A stretch of 64,000 bases of DNA from Adineta vaga (taxonomy: Eukaryota; Animalia; Rotifera): the NCBI GenBank assembly GCA_021613535.1, contig CP075497.1, forward strand, positions 2,232,001 to 2,296,000, written 5' to 3'. Both the position numbers and the translations under genes were made by a program. The notes under the pieces were generated by a model. It did not search any database. It was given only the letters and a program-made list of their open reading frames with translations, and was not told where the DNA came from. Shown here one piece after another: positions 59,904 through 64,000 of the stretch (position 1 is its first letter; every line of letters begins with the position of its first letter).

Positions 59904-62752
59904 ATGCCTCACAGAAATGAAACCAATGAATGGATTCAACGTCCATCATCTTCACAAGGCAATCTTCAGAGTCATCCATGTTTTCAATCAAGTTTACTCG
60001 ATGATGGACATGCACCTGGTTCTGTTCAAGAATGGAAAAAGTCTTTGTCATCACATCGACCTCAACTTCGAATGACAAATGTCGATCGAAATGCAGAAGA
60101 TTATGATCAAAATCTCGAAGTCAAAGCTTATTTTCAATCAGTAAATCCACCTGATCTTGTTTCCTCTTCTTCACATTTATGTTTCTTGTTTGAAGTTTAA
60201 ACATCTGAGACGTTTAACAATCTCAAATCCAAATAATATTCAACAATATGAAGTGATTCTGTTGAAACGAGCAAAGAGTTATGCATTAGTTGGTCTCAAA
60301 GGAGAAGTAAAATCACACTTTCTGTGTTGTTCGATGTGTGATTGTTATTCTTGTGTTGTTTTAGTTGAAATCTAATGAAGCAGAAGAATCGGAAGTAAGC
60401 ACTTGTTTGTTTCTATTGTTCTAGTTCATGCTGATTGATGCTTTGTTTGATTGTCAAAGGGTGGTAGACATTCTCCAACAAAGAAAACTGACAAGGTAAA
60501 ACATCATTTTGACAATCAACAAATCTGAATATCATGACGATTTGATTTAGAAGATAGACAATAATGAACAAAATGATCGACAAGTAAACATCTCAACTGT
60601 AGTGATGATGCAACATTACTTCTGATTTGATTTAGATCGAAGAAAGACTCGATATCAACACACTGGAAGCAATCAAGAATGCTTTCATGCAAGACTCTCT
60701 ATCTTCAACATCATCATCAATGCTAAAGAATGTTCATGTCGATGCATCTGGACAAATGACTTTACATGATTTCACTCGAGTTCTCAAACGATATCTTGGA
60801 CCACAGCGAGGAGTATGATCGATTCTTTTCATTCTCTCTCTCTCTCTCACTCACTCACTCACTCTTTTTACTTCTCACTTGTCGACTAGATCGATGAACA
60901 AATCGAAAATCTGTTCAATAAAATTGATTACAATGCAGAAGAACTGATCTCGTGGGATGAGTTGTGTACATTTCTTCAGTTGAACTTTGATGAAAAGTCT
61001 GATGCTGAACAACGTGACAAAGAAGTGTCATTCATCATTCCAGCAAAGATTCACAAAACACCACATCGATATCCATGTTCAACTATTGCACTTTCTGCTG
61101 ATCATCAATATTTGGCATTAGGAAGTGTAAGTATCAATCATCGAGAATCATCTGTATACATCTTCAAAGTGTACATGAATAATAGGATGGAACTATCTCA
61201 GTTTGGACAACAAATGGTGAACCAAAAACAACCAAGTCGATTGCAGTAAGTGAATCTTGATAGACAGAATGTCAGATGAAACTTGTGAATGGTTGTTGTA
61301 GTCAAGTGCAGGCATCACTCAAACATTAACAGCAAGAGAACGATTAGAAAAAGTGAGATTGTCCTGTTGTTTTCATCGGATCATTCAGTGATTTTGTTGT
61401 AGAGAAAAGATGAACAAACTCGATCTCAACCAAAATGGATCACTGATTGTCAAATCATTGCTGAGTTCAATAAAGTTGTTGTTAGTACTGGGTAAGAATG
61501 AAGAGAGAGAGAGAGAGAGAGAGAGAGATCTTGAGGATGTCTATTGATTGTATTGATCATAGTGATCGTGAACTTCAGTTTTGGGATCAAGCATATTGTT
61601 TGAGTACAATTCGTGAAGTAAAAGCCAATGAACTACCATGTACACAAATATCTTCACTTGATAGTGTACCCATCAAACTTAACTTTGGGTAACAACAAGT
61701 TCTTTCACATATCTCTTTTGTCTCTCTTAATCAAGATTATCTTCGTATAGAATTCCATCAGCAGATGAATTGATACTTCTGTATGGTGACACAGAAGGAT
61801 GTGTGAATATCTTGATCTTCTTTGCTGCTCGAGAAGTGTTTCGATTGTTAACCAATGTTGAACGTCGTAAAGGTATTCCAACAATCACATTGGATCGTTT
61901 TCTTGAAACATTCAAATGTGACTATATTCGAATGGCAAGTTCATCGAGAATGGATTGGTATGATGAAGAGAGAGAGAGAGAGAGTGAGTTTGTAATGATA
62001 TTTTGTGTGTTTTGTAGAAGGTATTAGTTATGACCCACGATTGAATCAAATCATTTCATGTTCGAATGATTCACAAACAGCTGTTGTCATTGGTTGTATT
62101 CGAACAAGTCCAAGTGCAGAAATTCAACTAACTGAAAATGGTTTTTCTGAGCTCAAATCTCGTCCAATCAAATCAGCTGATCCAAAATCACGCAAACATC
62201 GACAAACAGCATTGGCAGGTTAGTCATCATCATGTCTCTCTCTCTCTCACTCTGTTTCTATATTAATTGCATCGATGAATAGAAATCAGTGAAGAGAAGG
62301 CTGCATCATTATCATCACGTGCTCGAACGAAACGAGATTCGATAGTATCTCATCAGACTCATTCATCTCAAGATACTCATTCACGAAAAGTACCTGGAAA
62401 TGAAATGAGAACTGACTCGACGAACATGGCAACGACCACAGCAGCGGGTGGAGCAGACGGAAGAAAAAATGGATCGGTTCGTGGTCAATCAATCATTCGT
62501 GCTGCTCAAACACGATGTGATGTTGATCAAACAGTGTTCAAAGTGCAGAAAGGTGTTCGAACATTTGATTTATGTATAGAAAAGAATGTTCTTGTGACTG
62601 GTGGAATGGATCGTGTTGTGAGAATTTGGAATCCATATTTACCATCTCGACCAGTTGCTCGCCTTCGTGGTCATAGTGCACCTATATTTCTTGTGAAAAT
62701 AGCCATGGAAGATAATCGATTATTTTCGATCTCCACTGACAAAGCTGTACTG
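59904..62752 (+). CDS. EF-hand + WD40 protein (WDR64/WDR49/EFCAB8-like), incomplete in the window, 1-nt frameshift near 61931
   Basis: LFNKIDYNAEELISWDELCTFLQL, LLYGDTEGCVNI and LVTGGMDRVVRIWNPYLPSRPVARLRGHSAPIF. The last visible exon ends at a GT donor near 62752. Confidence 0.8.
61502..61528. repeat. (GA)n microsatellite in an intron; similar tracts near 37850, 60835 and 61967
   Basis: Seen directly in the sequence. Confidence 0.9.
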
Positions 62753-62899
62753 GTAAGCTTAGTTTTACTTATTTTATTAACAAAACACAGTTTACTTTTC
62801 GGCAACATGTGCTTTTTAAGTCAATATATAGAGAAAAACAAAGGACTTTTTTAAAAACTATTCATCATACAAAGCAAAACAAACAAAATAGATATTTTC

Positions 62900-64000
62900 T
62901 TATATCCAATTTATCTTCCCTTCATTCTTACGTATTTTTCTATGCATTTTTTTCTTTTTCAACGGTGGACCATAAACAAGATTTTTCTTCAATGGAGGAA
63001 GCGTCACTGGGTCGCTTGGTATAACGTTAAGAAATGATGGAATTGACGCGAGACTGTAATTGAAATGTTTTGATATCCAATCGATAGCAAAGTTATCTTT
63101 TCGTAGTTTTCCTTGCCGTGTGTAGAGACGTACTGCATACATCCATGATATATCATTCCATATCGAATGATATTTCATATTGGTCCATGTGTAGTTCTTT
63201 TCAAGTGGAGTTTTCCATTTGTTTTTTCCATATTCTCGATCGAGATATTCAATAGGTGAACATGGAACTGAGAAACGATAACCAAATAGATCACATGAAC
63301 ATAATTTTTCTAATAACGGAAGAGTACGTCTAAAATATTTAAAAAAGACGAAGTTACATAATATTCAAAGATGAAAGGAAGTTGTTCTAAGAAAATCTAT
63401 CGTAATAATATATCGGAGATTTCAGTTTTTTAGAAATTAATGGTTATATATCCATTTGTATGTCTAATAGTGATGAATCACAGAAAATAACAGAGTGTGT
63501 AGCAAAAGAAAAGTTTAACTTATTATTACAGTGTTTATACTTCTTTCGCATTTACGTAGACCATGAATTAAAGAAGTAACAGGAAAGTAAAGGGACAAGA
63601 CAACGGAAATAAAACCGTTTCGATTTTGTTTTTTTTATTTAGTTTTCAATGACATGAAGCAACCGTTGAGTAAATCGACATTATTCATTGTAGAGTTTCA
63701 TGATTAGAACAAATACTATTCACTCAATTACTATTTGTATAAAAGAGACACTTGACTCTCTATAATTGACTTGAGAGTTTCCTGTTCTTTCCATTTCATG
63801 TTTCTAATTTCATTCGCTCTATGCTTTCTTTATATTGAATCTATATTAAAAACGACATAATTCTTCCACTATGTCTATTCGTATTAAATCTCATTATCAA
63901 GACATGTGGTTCTATCATAGAGTAACTTCATCTAATCTGTATATAATTATAAGCAAAATCGTACCTAAATTTGACTCGATTTATTTGATAACCACACCAA
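62900..64000 (-). CDS. Fukutin-like (LicD family) phosphotransferase, 3' part
   Basis: Exon 64000-63965 (WCGYQINRVKFR) splices across intron 63964-63330 to RTLPLLEKLCSCDLFGYRFSVPCSPIEYLDREYGKNKWKTP..W..AVRLY, which matches the recalled fukutin C-terminus. Confidence 0.75.

Overview
This is AT-rich eukaryotic genomic DNA with many short (about 50-60 nt) GT-AG introns, standard genetic code and one 23-N scaffold gap. The intron style, gene density and gene families suggest a bdelloid rotifer (inference, not shown by the sequence alone). About 20 protein genes are present. Conserved metazoan genes include an RRM protein, EFCAB14-like, ZFYVE9/16 (SARA/endofin), NBEAL-like BEACH, LEKR1, reticulon, ASPG, perilipin-like, PPME1, anoctamin, an SK channel, a WDR64/WDR49-like gene and a fukutin-like gene. 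The more unusual elements are: (1) a cassette at 2.7-9.0 kb with two diverging direct copies of a secreted PAN/Apple + F5/8-like lectin gene flanking two interrupted membrane-protein genes; (2) two ubiquitin-like-domain genes nested antisense in a 3.7-kb ZFYVE intron; (3) an intronless, bacteria-like ACS-family MFS transporter (HGT candidate) ending in a PDZ-type motif; (4) tightly packed same-strand gene pairs with splice acceptors just before the ATG (candidate SL trans-spliced operons); (5) an uncharacterised protein with seven short repeats. Several single-base frameshifts in otherwise intact genes look like assembly errors, which weakens the pseudogene calls. All homology calls come from recalled motifs and all exon models were read by eye.
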